From positions 1 through 44,835 of the forward strand of contig MICN01000103.1 in NCBI GenBank assembly GCA_001829875.1: a stretch of 44,835 nucleotides of DNA. The letters run 5' to 3'. The DNA is from Syntrophus sp. GWC2_56_31. Lineage in GTDB: Bacteria; Desulfobacterota; Syntrophia; Syntrophales; UBA5619. Numbering within the stretch: position 1 is the first letter of the stretch; each line of letters starts with the position of its first letter. The notes beneath the pieces are model-generated. The model made no database searches. It was not told the origin of the DNA and was given only the letters and a program-made list of their open reading frames with translations. The translations under genes were made by a program, and so were the position numbers. Positions 13,890-24,300 of the stretch are shown here, one piece after another.

Positions 13890-14618
13890 GTGCCGTTTTC
13901 GCACTTCCCAAAGAGCGGTTTCCCCGTCAACCGGGATCGAATCCCCACCCTGCGTCAAACGGTGATGGCTATCCTCTCGTTTGTATTCCTTTTGCTTCCC
14001 ACTACCGTAATTTGTGCCCAGCCTCTCTCTTTGGAGCAGTTGACCGCGAAGACCCAGGAGATGTACGATAAAACCATCGACCTGAAGGCAACCTTCATCC
14101 AGGAAGTCACCATCAAATCCATGAAGAAGACCGAACGGGAAGAGGGTACGGTCTACTTCAAGAATCCAAAGATGATGCTGTGGGACTATACCAAGCCGAA
14201 GTTCAAGAAGCTGGTCATCAACGCCCAGAAGGCATGGCTTTACGTCCCCGAAGACCGCATGGTTTACGTCCAGAACGCCGAAGACGTTTACCGATCGCGA
14301 ATGGCCGTCAAATTCCTCTCCGGCATCGGCAGGCTCTCGGAGGATTTTCAGATCCGTTTTTCAAAAGATACCCCTTTCGACGGTGACGGGAACTACCGCC
14401 TAGTACTGACGGCCAAAGAATCGGGGAGCGGCGTCGACCGCCTCCATATCATTGTCGATGGGAAGATCTTCCAAATCCTCCAGTGCCGATTCAATGACTC
14501 TTTTGGAAATACCACACGGCTCCGTTTTAGCGACTTCAGCCTGAATACAGGGGTCCCCGACAAGTTTTTCACCTTCAAGGCGCCGGAGGGCGTCGAGGTC
14601 GTTCAGATGCCCCAATAA
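13890..14618 (+). CDS. lolA: Outer-membrane lipoprotein carrier protein LolA
   Basis: Signal-peptide-like hydrophobic stretch, ATFIQ, GTVYFKNPKMMLWDY, C-terminal FTFKAPEGVEV; start uncertain (GTG 13890 or ATG 13965). Confidence 0.9.
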   Translation: MPFSHFPKSGFPVNRDRIPTLRQTVMAILSFVFLLLPTTVICAQPLSLEQLTAKTQEMYDKTIDLKATFIQEVTIKSMKKTEREEGTVYFKNPKMMLWDYTKPKFKKLVINAQKAWLYVPEDRMVYVQNAEDVYRSRMAVKFLSGIGRLSEDFQIRFSKDTPFDGDGNYRLVLTAKESGSGVDRLHIIVDGKIFQILQCRFNDSFGNTTRLRFSDFSLNTGVPDKFFTFKAPEGVEVVQMPQ

Positions 14619-14628
14619 GAGACACTCT

Positions 14629-16602
14629 ATGATCCGTATTGACTGCAACGAATCGGATCCTCAGGAAATCGACAGGGAGTGGCTGGAGTCCGACGGTCAA
14701 GGGGGATACGCTTCGAGCACCCTTGAAAATTGCCATACGAGGCGTTACCACGGCTTGATGGTGGCCAATCTTCAGGCGCCGGAGGGTCGGTATGTCCTCT
14801 TTTCCAAGCTGGAGGACTCTTTACTTGTCAATGGAGACGAATATTTCTTCACTTCCCACCGGTATCCCGGCGTTCTTTTTCCGCCGGCGCCCCCTATTCT
14901 GAATGAGTTTCTTTTTGACATTTGCCCCCGGTTTATCTACCGCGCAGGTGAATCGAGTCTGCAGAAAAGTGTCCTGCTGGTCCCGGAAAGAGGCATCCTT
15001 CTTATCCGCTATGACCTGGCCGGATCCCCCAAGGCGGGTCTTTTGCGTCTGAAACCGTTTCTGGCCTACCGGGGGTACCACAGCCTTGCACACGCGAACC
15101 CCTATCTCCATAGCCAAACAGAGGAAATCGCAAACGGATTCAGTATCGAGCCTTACACGGGCATGCCCCCTCTTTTCATTCGAACCTCGACGTCATCGCG
15201 TTTCGTCGCTTCGCCTCTCTGGTATAAGCGCTTCGAGTACAGTCAGGAGCGGGAGCGGGGATTCGAATGGGAGGAGGACCTCTTTCTCCCGGGGATCATG
15301 GAGGTTCCCGTCGAAAAGGATAGCACGGTAATCCTTGCCGTCTCCTGCGAGTCATCGGAAGAGGATCCGGAAGTTCTCTGGGAGATCGAAATTCTTCGAC
15401 GGCGGAAAGAGTTTTCGGATGATGAAAAACTGGCCGATGGATTCACTGGAGAGGACCGGGAACTCTTTCTCGCCCTGCTCCGCGCGGGACGACAGTTTCT
15501 CATTAAGACGCCGTCGGGGAGACCGGCCATCATCGCCGGTTACCCCTGGTTCGCGAGCTGGAGCCGGGACACACTCATCTCCCTCCCCGGCCTCGCCTTT
15601 AGCGCAGGCCGGATCGGGGAAGGGGTCGAGATCCTGACCGAAATCGGCCGGCACGAGCAGGAATGTCTCCTCCCCAACTTCTTCTCCGCGTGCGGCGCCC
15701 CCGAAGCCTACAACACCGTCGACAGTTCGCTCCTCTATTTCCGGGCAGTCCAGGAGCTCTTCCGGGTGACGGACGATATCGGCCTGATTCACAATCGCTT
15801 CTGGCCCGTCATGAAACGGATCATCACCCGTTTCCTGGCCGGAACGCGGTTCGGTATCGGCATCGACGAGCGGGGCCTCCTCCATGCCGGCGAAGGGGGC
15901 AACGCCCTCACCTGGATGGACGCAACCGTAGAGGGGGTGCCGGTCACTCCCCGTCACGGTTATGCGGTGGAGATCAATGCACTGTGGTACAATGCCCTCG
16001 CTTTCGCAACCGACCTCGCCGGGCGATTTGACGACCGGGAAGGATCTTTCGCCGGCAGCCTTCCCGCCATCCGCCGGTCATTCCGGGAGACCTTCTGGAT
16101 CCCTGAGCTGGGCTGCCTTGGAGATGTTTTTCACAATGGCGTACTCGACCGCTCGATCCGACCGAATCAGATATTTGCCGTCTCCCTCCCCTTCTCACCG
16201 CTCGACCCCCAGGAGCAGACCGGCGTCGTCCGGACCGTGCGGGATCAGCTTCTCACCCCCTGCGGCATCCGGACCCTCTCGCCCTCCGATCCGAGGTACC
16301 GGGGCTGTTACCGGGGTAATGCCCAGGAGCGGGATTCCTCCTATCACCAAGGCACCGTCTGGCCCTGGTTGCTCGGCCCTTTCGGCGAAGCCGCCCTTCG
16401 CATCGCCGAAAACCAAGAACAGGAAAAGGAATCACTCAGGCGGCACATTCGGTTTTTCCTGAAAAACCATCTACGCGAGGCAGGGATCGGCAGCGTCTCG
16501 GAGGTCTTCGACGGGGATCCGCCCCACCGACCGGGGGGATGTATCGCACAGGCCTGGAGCGTCGCGGAACTGATCCGGCTGTACCTACTCATCCGGAAAT
16601 AA
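14629..16602 (+). CDS. Glycogen debranching enzyme / amylo-alpha-1,6-glucosidase (archaeal/Bacteroidota type)
   Basis: EWLESDGQGGYASS, TRRYHGL, IIAGYPWF, LTWMDA, VEINALWYNAL, RPNQ, YHQGTVWPW, QAWSVAE. Confidence 0.93.
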   Translation: MIRIDCNESDPQEIDREWLESDGQGGYASSTLENCHTRRYHGLMVANLQAPEGRYVLFSKLEDSLLVNGDEYFFTSHRYPGVLFPPAPPILNEFLFDICPRFIYRAGESSLQKSVLLVPERGILLIRYDLAGSPKAGLLRLKPFLAYRGYHSLAHANPYLHSQTEEIANGFSIEPYTGMPPLFIRTSTSSRFVASPLWYKRFEYSQERERGFEWEEDLFLPGIMEVPVEKDSTVILAVSCESSEEDPEVLWEIEILRRRKEFSDDEKLADGFTGEDRELFLALLRAGRQFLIKTPSGRPAIIAGYPWFASWSRDTLISLPGLAFSAGRIGEGVEILTEIGRHEQECLLPNFFSACGAPEAYNTVDSSLLYFRAVQELFRVTDDIGLIHNRFWPVMKRIITRFLAGTRFGIGIDERGLLHAGEGGNALTWMDATVEGVPVTPRHGYAVEINALWYNALAFATDLAGRFDDREGSFAGSLPAIRRSFRETFWIPELGCLGDVFHNGVLDRSIRPNQIFAVSLPFSPLDPQEQTGVVRTVRDQLLTPCGIRTLSPSDPRYRGCYRGNAQERDSSYHQGTVWPWLLGPFGEAALRIAENQEQEKESLRRHIRFFLKNHLREAGIGSVSEVFDGDPPHRPGGCIAQAWSVAELIRLYLLIRK

Positions 16603-16622
16603 ATGGAAAGGGGTTGCAAGTC

Positions 16623-17873
16623 ATGCAAATTCTCATGTTCGGGTGGGAGTTCCCGCCGAGAATGAGCGGCGGTCTGGGCACAGCCTGTTTTGGCATGACT
16701 AAAGGACTGGCCGGTCTTGGCCATCGGATCACCTTCATCCTGCCGCAGGCCGATCAGACATCTGCTCCCTTTTTGAATCTCGTCGCTGCGTACGGTATCC
16801 CCGTTTCCAGCGCCGCCCTGGAAGACAGGGGGGCGGGGGTCCTCCATCGGCTCACGGTCCACCCGATTTCTGCCCTGCTCACCCCCTACCTCAACGAGGA
16901 CCGTTACAGGGAGCTCACCCTTTACGGAAGAAGCGGCTTTCGGAATTCCGCCGTCGTCTACGGCCACGATCTGATCGCCGAGGTTATCCGTTACGGACGG
17001 GCCGCCGGCGCCGTCGCGCGCCGCTTCTCCTTCGACATCATTCACGCCCACGACTGGATGACCGTCCCCGCAGCCCTTCTCGCCCACCGGATCAGCGGGA
17101 AACCCCTCGTCCTGCATATCCACTCCTTAGAATACGATCGAAGCGGCGATAACGTCAACGGGGAAATCCTCGCTATAGAACGGGACGGGCTCGAGCAGGC
17201 CGATCGCGTCATCGCGGTGAGCCACCGGACAAAAAGAATGATCGTGGAGCGTTACCAAATACCGCCGAAGAAGGTCTCCGTGATCTACAACGCTGTCTCC
17301 CGGAATGAGGCGCAGCGGATCTATCGCACCGAACGGACGGGGAGGCAGAAGACGGTTCTTTTTCTCGGCCGTATCACCTTCCAGAAGGGACCGGACTACT
17401 TCGTCGAGGCGGCGGCCAGGGTCCTTAAGGTCCTTCCCGACGTCACCTTCGTCATGGCGGGCGCCGGCAACATGATGCGGCAGTTGGTCGAACGGGTCGG
17501 CGAATTGAAGATCGGCGACCGTTTTCATTTCACAGGATTCCTCCAGGGGGAGGAGATCGAACGGATCTTCTCACTGAGCGACCTCTACGTCATGCCGAGC
17601 GTTTCCGAACCGTTCGGCATTTCTCCCCTGGAAGCGATGCTGTACGACGTCCCCGTGATCCTTTCCCGCCAATCCGGCGTCGCGGAGATCCTTAAACATG
17701 CCCTGAAGGTCGATTTCTGGGACATCCGGGAGCTGTCCGCCAAGATCATCGCCGTCCTGAAACATCCCGCCTTGATGGGTGTGATGGCTGAGAAAGCAAA
17801 GGAGGAGCTCCGGACGATCCGCTGGGACACCGCCGCAGAGCGAATCAGCGAGCTCTACCGGGAGACGGTTTAA
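16623..17873 (+). CDS. GT4 family glycosyltransferase (glycogen-associated)
   Basis: MFGWEFPPRMSGGLG, IHAHDWMT, GRITFQKG, PSVSEPFGISPLEA. Confidence 0.93.
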   Translation: MQILMFGWEFPPRMSGGLGTACFGMTKGLAGLGHRITFILPQADQTSAPFLNLVAAYGIPVSSAALEDRGAGVLHRLTVHPISALLTPYLNEDRYRELTLYGRSGFRNSAVVYGHDLIAEVIRYGRAAGAVARRFSFDIIHAHDWMTVPAALLAHRISGKPLVLHIHSLEYDRSGDNVNGEILAIERDGLEQADRVIAVSHRTKRMIVERYQIPPKKVSVIYNAVSRNEAQRIYRTERTGRQKTVLFLGRITFQKGPDYFVEAAARVLKVLPDVTFVMAGAGNMMRQLVERVGELKIGDRFHFTGFLQGEEIERIFSLSDLYVMPSVSEPFGISPLEAMLYDVPVILSRQSGVAEILKHALKVDFWDIRELSAKIIAVLKHPALMGVMAEKAKEELRTIRWDTAAERISELYRETV

Positions 17874-17895
17874 GTCTATTTTGAAAGCGATACGT

Positions 17896-19095
17896 ATGCC
17901 GAGCGTCTGTCTCTATTTTCAGGTCCATCAACCCTACCGTCTCCGAAGATACTCCTTCTTCGACGTGGGTCACATCCACAATTACGAGGACGAGACGGAA
18001 AACCGCCGGATACTTGACCGGGTCGCCCAGAAATGTTATCTTCCAGCCAATATGCTTCTGCTCAAGCTGATTGAGGAACAACAAGGGAAGTTTCGGATCG
18101 CCTTTTCCCTCTCCGGCACAGTCCTTGACCAGATCGAGCGGGGCCGGCCGGATGTCCTGGAGAGCTTTCAGCGGCTGGCCGCGACGGGATGCGTCGAATT
18201 CCTTAATGAGACCGATAGCCATTCCCTCGTCTTCCTCTTCTCACCGAGGGAGTTCAAGGCGCAGGTCCTTCGGCACAGAGAGAGGGTCCGCACCCTCTTT
18301 GATCAGGACAGCCGGACATTCCGTCATACGGAGCTGACCTACAGCAACGATCTGGCGATTGCCGTCGAGAAGCTCGGTTATGCCGTCATTCTCGCCGAAG
18401 GGACCGAGAAAATCCTGGGCCGGAGAAGCCCGAACCTTCTCTACCGTCCGGCGGGCTGCGCAAAGCTGAAGCTTCTCCTCAGGAATTACCGCCTATCGGA
18501 TGACGTGGCCTTCCGCTTCTCCGACCGAAACTGGGCCGAATTTCCGCTCACGGCGGCCAAATACGCCCATTGGCTTCACCGGATCCGAAGTGAAGGATCG
18601 ATCGTCAACCTGTTCATGGATTATGAAACTTTTGGCGAACATCAATGGGAAGAGACGGGAATCTTTAAATTTCTTTCAGCCCTTCCCGGGGAGATCCTCC
18701 GCCATCCGGAGTTCCGGTTCCAGACGCCCGCCGAGGCGGCCGACGGCAATCGCCCAGCCGGAGAGATCGATTGCCCGGAATTCATCTCCTGGGCCGACGA
18801 GGAGCGGGATATATCGGCCTGGCTGGGAAACGCCATGCAGCAGGATGCGGTCCACACGCTATATAAAATGGAATCCGCCATTCGCAGACGGAAGAACGAA
18901 GGCCTGCTCAAGACCTGGCGGATGCTCCAGACATCCGACCATTTTTACTACATGTGCACGAAATGGTTTTCCGACGGGGATGTCCACCGATACTTCAACC
19001 CTTATGAATCACCCTACGAGGCCTACATCAACTACATGAACATTCTCGACGATCTGTCGCAATCCATCAAGAACAGTAAAGGAGAATCACGATGA
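17896..19095 (+). CDS. GH57 family alpha-amylase / glycoside hydrolase
   Basis: YFQVHQP, FRHTEL, LSDDVAFRFS, FMDYETFGEH, SWADEERD, QTSDHFYYM. Confidence 0.93.
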   Translation: MPSVCLYFQVHQPYRLRRYSFFDVGHIHNYEDETENRRILDRVAQKCYLPANMLLLKLIEEQQGKFRIAFSLSGTVLDQIERGRPDVLESFQRLAATGCVEFLNETDSHSLVFLFSPREFKAQVLRHRERVRTLFDQDSRTFRHTELTYSNDLAIAVEKLGYAVILAEGTEKILGRRSPNLLYRPAGCAKLKLLLRNYRLSDDVAFRFSDRNWAEFPLTAAKYAHWLHRIRSEGSIVNLFMDYETFGEHQWEETGIFKFLSALPGEILRHPEFRFQTPAEAADGNRPAGEIDCPEFISWADEERDISAWLGNAMQQDAVHTLYKMESAIRRRKNEGLLKTWRMLQTSDHFYYMCTKWFSDGDVHRYFNPYESPYEAYINYMNILDDLSQSIKNSKGESR

Positions 19096-22000
19096 CGGAA
19101 ACACGCCATCTCTGCCTCTTCGAGGTGAGCTGGGAGGTCTGCAACAAAGTCGGAGGAATCTACACGGTCATCACGAGCAAAATCCCCGAAGCAACGAAAA
19201 GATACGGGGGAAATTACATCCTCCTCGGCCCGGACCTCAAGACCAACCCCGATTTCGAGGAGACGGACGAGGAGTGCTGGAATCGTATCCGCGAAGGCGT
19301 GGCCATCAAGGAGATCCCCTGCCGTTTCGGACGTTGGAAGGTCCCCGGCGAGCCCAAGGCAATTCTCGTCAGCCATGGCAAGAAATACAACCAGGACCAG
19401 CTCCTCTTCCGGATCTGGGAAGATTTCGGGGTCGATTCGATCGCCGGGGGGTGGGATTATGTTGAACCGGTGATGTTCAGCTATGCGGCAAGCGAGGTGA
19501 TCGAGACGATCTACAATGTCTATGTGAAACCCCGGGGGATGCAGGCCGTCGCGCAATTCCATGAATGGATGACCGGAGCGGGGCTTCTGGGATTGAAAAA
19601 ACGGGTCCCCGAGATCGGCACCGTCTTCACGACGCACGCAACGATCCTCGGAAGAACGCTCGCCGGTTCCGGCATGGACATCTACACGGCGATGGACCAC
19701 ATCTCGCCCCAGCGGGAGGCGAGCGCCCATAACATCACGGCAAAATGCTCGCTGGAGACAGCGTCGGCCCGCGAGGCGGACTGCTTCACGACGGTGAGCG
19801 ATATCACCGCCCGGGAGGCGAAAAACTTTCTCGGCAGGGCGCCGGACCTGATCACCCCGAACGGTCTGGACATCGAAATCATCCCCGACCTCGCGGCGGA
19901 CCGGGGGCTCGCCCTCAGATCTCGGAATGAGCTCCTCGCAGCCGCCGGTCGCTTGGTCTATCGAGACCTACCCGACGACACCCGGATTATGGTCATCTCG
20001 GGGCGGGGCGAATTCCACAATAAGGGAATCGACCTCTTCCTCGAAGCCCTTGCCCGCCTGAACGCGGATAAGGGGTCAAACCAGACCGTTATCGCCTTTC
20101 TTTTTGTCCTGAGCGGCTTCACCGACCTGATCCCCTGTCTGAAGACCGACGCCAAGCCCGACCCGGCGAATCCGCCTATCTCTACCCACCGGTTGCAGTA
20201 CGAGGCCTCCGATCCCATCATCCGGGCCTGCGAACGCCTCGGTCTCAAGAATTTCCCCCAGAACAGGGTCCAGGTGATCTTCGTCCCCGCCTATCTCAAC
20301 GGTCATGACGGCTTTATCAACATGCCCTATTACGAGGCCCTTGCCGGGTGCGACCTGGCTGTCTTCCCCTCCTATTACGAGCCTTGGGGGTACACGCCGC
20401 TGGAAAGCGCGGCGTACGCCGTACCGACGATCACAACCGATCAGGCCGGCTTCGGCCTCTGGGCGCAACAGAAGGCTGTGGCCAGCGATTGCAGCGGAAT
20501 CATCCTCCTCAAGCACCTGGGACAGCCCGAGGCCGTGATGACAGAAAACCTCTACGCAATTTTCCAAAATTATCTCAGTCTGAGCGAGGATGCCCGGCAG
20601 TGCATGAGAGCCAACGCTCGGGCTATCGCCAGCCAGGCCAACTGGAAAGATTTCTTTCGTTACTATGAGGAGGCCTATGACCGCGCCATCGCAGTCGCAG
20701 GTGTGCGGGCCGAGAAGCTCGCAGCGGGCGATATCAAGGCAGAGATGAGGCATACCTACGCCGGCATGGTTTCGGTCCAGCCACATTTCCGAACCTTCAC
20801 GGCAGTGGCCAACCTCCCCGAAAAGATTTCCCGCCTTCGGGAACTCGCCCACAACCTGTGGTGGGCCTGGAATCCCGACGCCCGCGAACTGTTCTCCGCA
20901 CTCGACCCCAAACTCTGGGAGCGGATGGGCAACAATCCCGTCCGGATGCTGGAGACCGTTTCCGCAGAGCGCCTCCGAGAGGCTTCGGAAAACGCAAGTT
21001 ATACGAACCGCTACAGCCAGATCTTCCGGCATTTCGACGACTATATGAACGAAAGGACGCCTTCGCCGTCGATCGGACCGCCCAACGGGATCAAATGGTC
21101 GCAGCCGGTCGCCTACTTCTCGACCGAATATGGACTCCATGACTGCCTGCCCATCTATTCCGGGGGTCTTGGAACCCTCTCCGGGGACCACCTGAAGACC
21201 GCAAGCGACCTGAACATCCCCCTCGTAGGTATCGGCCTTCTCTACAAGAACGGGTTTTTCAGACAGGTGATCGATAAAAACGGCGCTCAACTCGCGGAGT
21301 ATCCGGAAAACGACTTCTCAAGAATGCCTCTGCAGATCGTCCAGGACGACCGGGGAGATGCCGTGCAGATCTCCCTGGATCTCCCCGGGAGAACGCTATT
21401 CGCCAATATCTGGGAGGTTAGGGTGGGGCGCGTCTCGCTTTACCTTCTGGATACCGACGTCCCTCGGAACACCCCCCAGGACCGTAAAATCACCGAGCGC
21501 CTCTACTGCTCCGAACCGCGGACGAGGATCGAGCAGGAGATCCTCCTGGGGATGGGAGGCGTCCGGGTCCTGAAAAAGCTGGGAATCCGTCCCCGCGTCT
21601 ACCACATAAACGAAGGCCACTCGGCTTTCCTCCTGTTCGAACGGATCGACGAGCTGATGACGGAAGAGGGGCTCTCCTTCGACGAGGCGAGCGAGATCGT
21701 CCGCGGCAGCACCGTCTTTACGACACACACCCCGGTGGAGGCCGGGAACGAAAGATTCAGCAAGGAGCTGATCGAGCATTACTTTACGAATTTCGTGAAA
21801 CGGACGGGGATCTCCTGGTCCCAGTTCTGGGAACTGGGTCGCAAGGAAAGCGGTGAAGGGAAGCCCTTCTTCATGACAATTCTTGCCCTCAAGATGGCCT
21901 ACCGAAGCAACGCCGTGAGCCGCCTCCACGGCGAGGTTTCCCGCCGGATGTGGCGGGACGTCTGGAAAGGATTTGACGAATCGGATATCCCCATCGGTCA

Positions 22001-23351
22001 TGTCACAAACGGCGCCCATGTGCTCTCCTACATCGCCCCCCGGATGAAGGCCCTCCTTGATACCTATCTCGGCATGGACTGGGACCGCCATATCTCCGAT
22101 CGCGAGCGGTGGGAACGGGTCAAGGACATCCCCGACACCGTTTTGTGGCGGACGCGATATGAACTTAGGCAGAAGCTGACCGACTTCCTCCGCGAGGACC
22201 TCTCCCGGAATTGGATGAAATACGGCTACTCGAAAAACTGGCAGGAGGAGCTCTTCACGAAAATCAACCCGGCAGCCCTGATCATCGGTTTCGCACGGCG
22301 CTTCGCCCCTTACAAACGGGCGGATTTGATCCTTTCCGACCTCGACCGTCTGGATCGGATCCTCAACCACCCCACCCGGCCGGCCCACATCGTCTTTGCC
22401 GGCAAGTCCCATCCGAGCGATGAAATGGGGAAGGATCTGCTCAAAAAGGTCATCACGGTCTGCAGGGATGAACGATTCCGGGGCAAGATCTTCTTCGTGG
22501 AGGGGTACGACATCCGAATCGCCCGCCACCTTGTCCAGGGGGTCGACGTCTGGTTGAACAACCCGCGCCGCCCGCTGGAAGCAAGCGGCACCAGCGGCGA
22601 AAAGGTCGTCGCCAACGGCGTTCTCAACCTCAGCATCTCAGACGGGTGGTGGGTCGAAGGGTTCGACGGAACGAACGGCTGGACGATCGGCCCCGTCGTC
22701 CAGAGATACGTAGAAGAAACGGGAAATCCCGACGAGGAGGACGGTCAATCGCTCTACGCACTCCTGGAAAACAGCGTCATCCCTCTCTTCTACGATCACG
22801 AGATGTCCGGCCTCCCGGAGAAGTGGATAGCCATGATCAAGAGGTCGATGCAGACCCTCGTTCCCCGTTTCAACACGGAGCGGATGCTGGTCGAATACTA
22901 TCGCGACATCTACCTCCCGACGGCGCGGCGGGAGCACGAACTCTACTCAAACTCCTTCCGGATGGCCCGGGAGCTGGCGGACTGGAAGCGGAAGCTCCCC
23001 ATGCGCTTCTCCTCGCTGCGGCTTCTGGACGTCAGCATCGAGGGAATACGCGGCGACACGATCCTCGTGGAGAGGCCGCTCACCGTTACCGTCCGGATCG
23101 ATCCCGGAAAACTGGAACCGGAGGAGGTGCTTGCGGAACTGGTGATCGGGAGGAAGGGGAGTTCGGGCTTCGTTGATCCGCCGGAGTGTATCCCTCTGCG
23201 GATCACCGGTCGGGAGGCAAACGGGGTCCTTACTTTTTCCGTCTCCTATACGGTCCAGCAAAATGGCGCTTACGCATACGGCATCCGGGCGCTCCCCTAC
23301 CACCCGCATCTTGCCGCCAAGCAGGAGACCGGGCTGGTCTCCTGGGGATAA
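19092..23351 (+). CDS. glgP: Fused GT3 glycogen synthase-like / GT35 alpha-glucan phosphorylase
   Basis: N-terminal FEVSWEVCNKVGGIYTV and FPSYYEPWGYTPLE (GT3); C-terminal NLWWAW, YSGGLG, HINEGH, FARRFAPYKR, EASGTSGEK (PLP Lys); 1419 aa with no internal stop. Confidence 0.93.
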   Translation: MTETRHLCLFEVSWEVCNKVGGIYTVITSKIPEATKRYGGNYILLGPDLKTNPDFEETDEECWNRIREGVAIKEIPCRFGRWKVPGEPKAILVSHGKKYNQDQLLFRIWEDFGVDSIAGGWDYVEPVMFSYAASEVIETIYNVYVKPRGMQAVAQFHEWMTGAGLLGLKKRVPEIGTVFTTHATILGRTLAGSGMDIYTAMDHISPQREASAHNITAKCSLETASAREADCFTTVSDITAREAKNFLGRAPDLITPNGLDIEIIPDLAADRGLALRSRNELLAAAGRLVYRDLPDDTRIMVISGRGEFHNKGIDLFLEALARLNADKGSNQTVIAFLFVLSGFTDLIPCLKTDAKPDPANPPISTHRLQYEASDPIIRACERLGLKNFPQNRVQVIFVPAYLNGHDGFINMPYYEALAGCDLAVFPSYYEPWGYTPLESAAYAVPTITTDQAGFGLWAQQKAVASDCSGIILLKHLGQPEAVMTENLYAIFQNYLSLSEDARQCMRANARAIASQANWKDFFRYYEEAYDRAIAVAGVRAEKLAAGDIKAEMRHTYAGMVSVQPHFRTFTAVANLPEKISRLRELAHNLWWAWNPDARELFSALDPKLWERMGNNPVRMLETVSAERLREASENASYTNRYSQIFRHFDDYMNERTPSPSIGPPNGIKWSQPVAYFSTEYGLHDCLPIYSGGLGTLSGDHLKTASDLNIPLVGIGLLYKNGFFRQVIDKNGAQLAEYPENDFSRMPLQIVQDDRGDAVQISLDLPGRTLFANIWEVRVGRVSLYLLDTDVPRNTPQDRKITERLYCSEPRTRIEQEILLGMGGVRVLKKLGIRPRVYHINEGHSAFLLFERIDELMTEEGLSFDEASEIVRGSTVFTTHTPVEAGNERFSKELIEHYFTNFVKRTGISWSQFWELGRKESGEGKPFFMTILALKMAYRSNAVSRLHGEVSRRMWRDVWKGFDESDIPIGHVTNGAHVLSYIAPRMKALLDTYLGMDWDRHISDRERWERVKDIPDTVLWRTRYELRQKLTDFLREDLSRNWMKYGYSKNWQEELFTKINPAALIIGFARRFAPYKRADLILSDLDRLDRILNHPTRPAHIVFAGKSHPSDEMGKDLLKKVITVCRDERFRGKIFFVEGYDIRIARHLVQGVDVWLNNPRRPLEASGTSGEKVVANGVLNLSISDGWWVEGFDGTNGWTIGPVVQRYVEETGNPDEEDGQSLYALLENSVIPLFYDHEMSGLPEKWIAMIKRSMQTLVPRFNTERMLVEYYRDIYLPTARREHELYSNSFRMARELADWKRKLPMRFSSLRLLDVSIEGIRGDTILVERPLTVTVRIDPGKLEPEEVLAELVIGRKGSSGFVDPPECIPLRITGREANGVLTFSVSYTVQQNGAYAYGIRALPYHPHLAAKQETGLVSWG

Positions 23352-23362
23352 GAGCTCTTCTC

Positions 23363-24010
23363 TTAAGATTTCTTTTTGAGAACCCTGCCGGCGGTTTTCA
23401 CCCGGATCGGTGGCCGGGTCCGTTTTTTGCTTTTCTGCACGGAAAAACCGAAACGACCCAGGCAGCGCCCCAACGCAAAATATTGGCCGTGGGCGAACGC
23501 CAGCAAACCGCCCTTCTCCAGGACAAGCCTTCCGCTCGCATCTATAAGCGCCGAAGAGACCTGCACGGCTACCACCTCCGCCACAAACATCGTATGCGAA
23601 CCCAGCTTCAGGGATTCCCGCACACGGCATTCGATGTTGAGCGGACACTCCAGAACGATCGGACACTGCACCTTCAGGGCCGCGGCAGGAGTCAGCCCCG
23701 CTCCGGCAAACTTGTCCTCGCTGCGCCCGGAGACCACCCCGCACCAGTCGACCGCCTTCGCCTGCCCGAGAGAAGGTACATTGACAACAAATTCCCGCGT
23801 CGTTTCGATAATGTCATAGGAGTACCGCTCCGGGCGGACCGAAATCGACAGCAGCGGCGGATCGCTGCACACGTTTCCGGTCCACGCGATGGTGATCAGG
23901 TTCGGTTTCCACCCCCGCGTCCCGCCGCAGCTCACAAGAACCACCGGAACCGGCGACAGGATATTTCCAGGCTTCCAGGACTGTTTTTTGATGTCTGTTC
24001 GCTTTGGCAT
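23363..24010 (-). CDS. Flavin reductase-like (flavoredoxin family) protein
   Basis: PVPVVLVS, NLITIAW, EFVVNVP, CGVVSGRSEDKF, ECPLNIEC, LGSHTMF. Confidence 0.9.
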   Translation of the reverse strand: MPKRTDIKKQSWKPGNILSPVPVVLVSCGGTRGWKPNLITIAWTGNVCSDPPLLSISVRPERYSYDIIETTREFVVNVPSLGQAKAVDWCGVVSGRSEDKFAGAGLTPAAALKVQCPIVLECPLNIECRVRESLKLGSHTMFVAEVVAVQVSSALIDASGRLVLEKGGLLAFAHGQYFALGRCLGRFGFSVQKSKKRTRPPIRVKTAGRVLKKKS

Positions 24011-24024
24011 TCAAAACCCTCCTC

Positions 24025-24073
24025 GACGGCTTTGTAAAAAGGCCGGATGCTGCGTTGCGCGTCGTCCTTCGTC
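24025..24073 (+). repeat. MITE-like repeat, partial copy C (left end only)
   Basis: GACGGCTTTGTAAAAAGGCCGGATGCTGCGTTGCGC...TCCTTCGTC aligns with 27861-27909. Confidence 0.8.
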
Positions 24074-24300
24074 TACTTCCTGTTGATGAACCAGAGGACC
24101 AGGGTGAGGATCACACTGATCAAGATACTCGTCGTCAAGGGGAAATAGAAAGAGAAATTCGTCCCCCGAAAGTGGAAATCGCCGGGGAGTTTCCCAAGAA
24201 AGGGGATCTTTCCCGCGAGGACCATAATGAGACCCACCCCCGCGACGACCAAACCGATCACGATCAGGATCCGGCCCATGCCGTTGAAGTCGGGCATCAT
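24073..24300 (-). CDS. DUF2905-like small membrane protein
   Basis: MGRILIVIG...LGKLPGDF...FYFPLTTSILIS; ATGA overlap with the upstream radical SAM stop. Confidence 0.88.
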   Translation of the reverse strand: MMPDFNGMGRILIVIGLVVAGVGLIMVLAGKIPFLGKLPGDFHFRGTNFSFYFPLTTSILISVILTLVLWFINRK

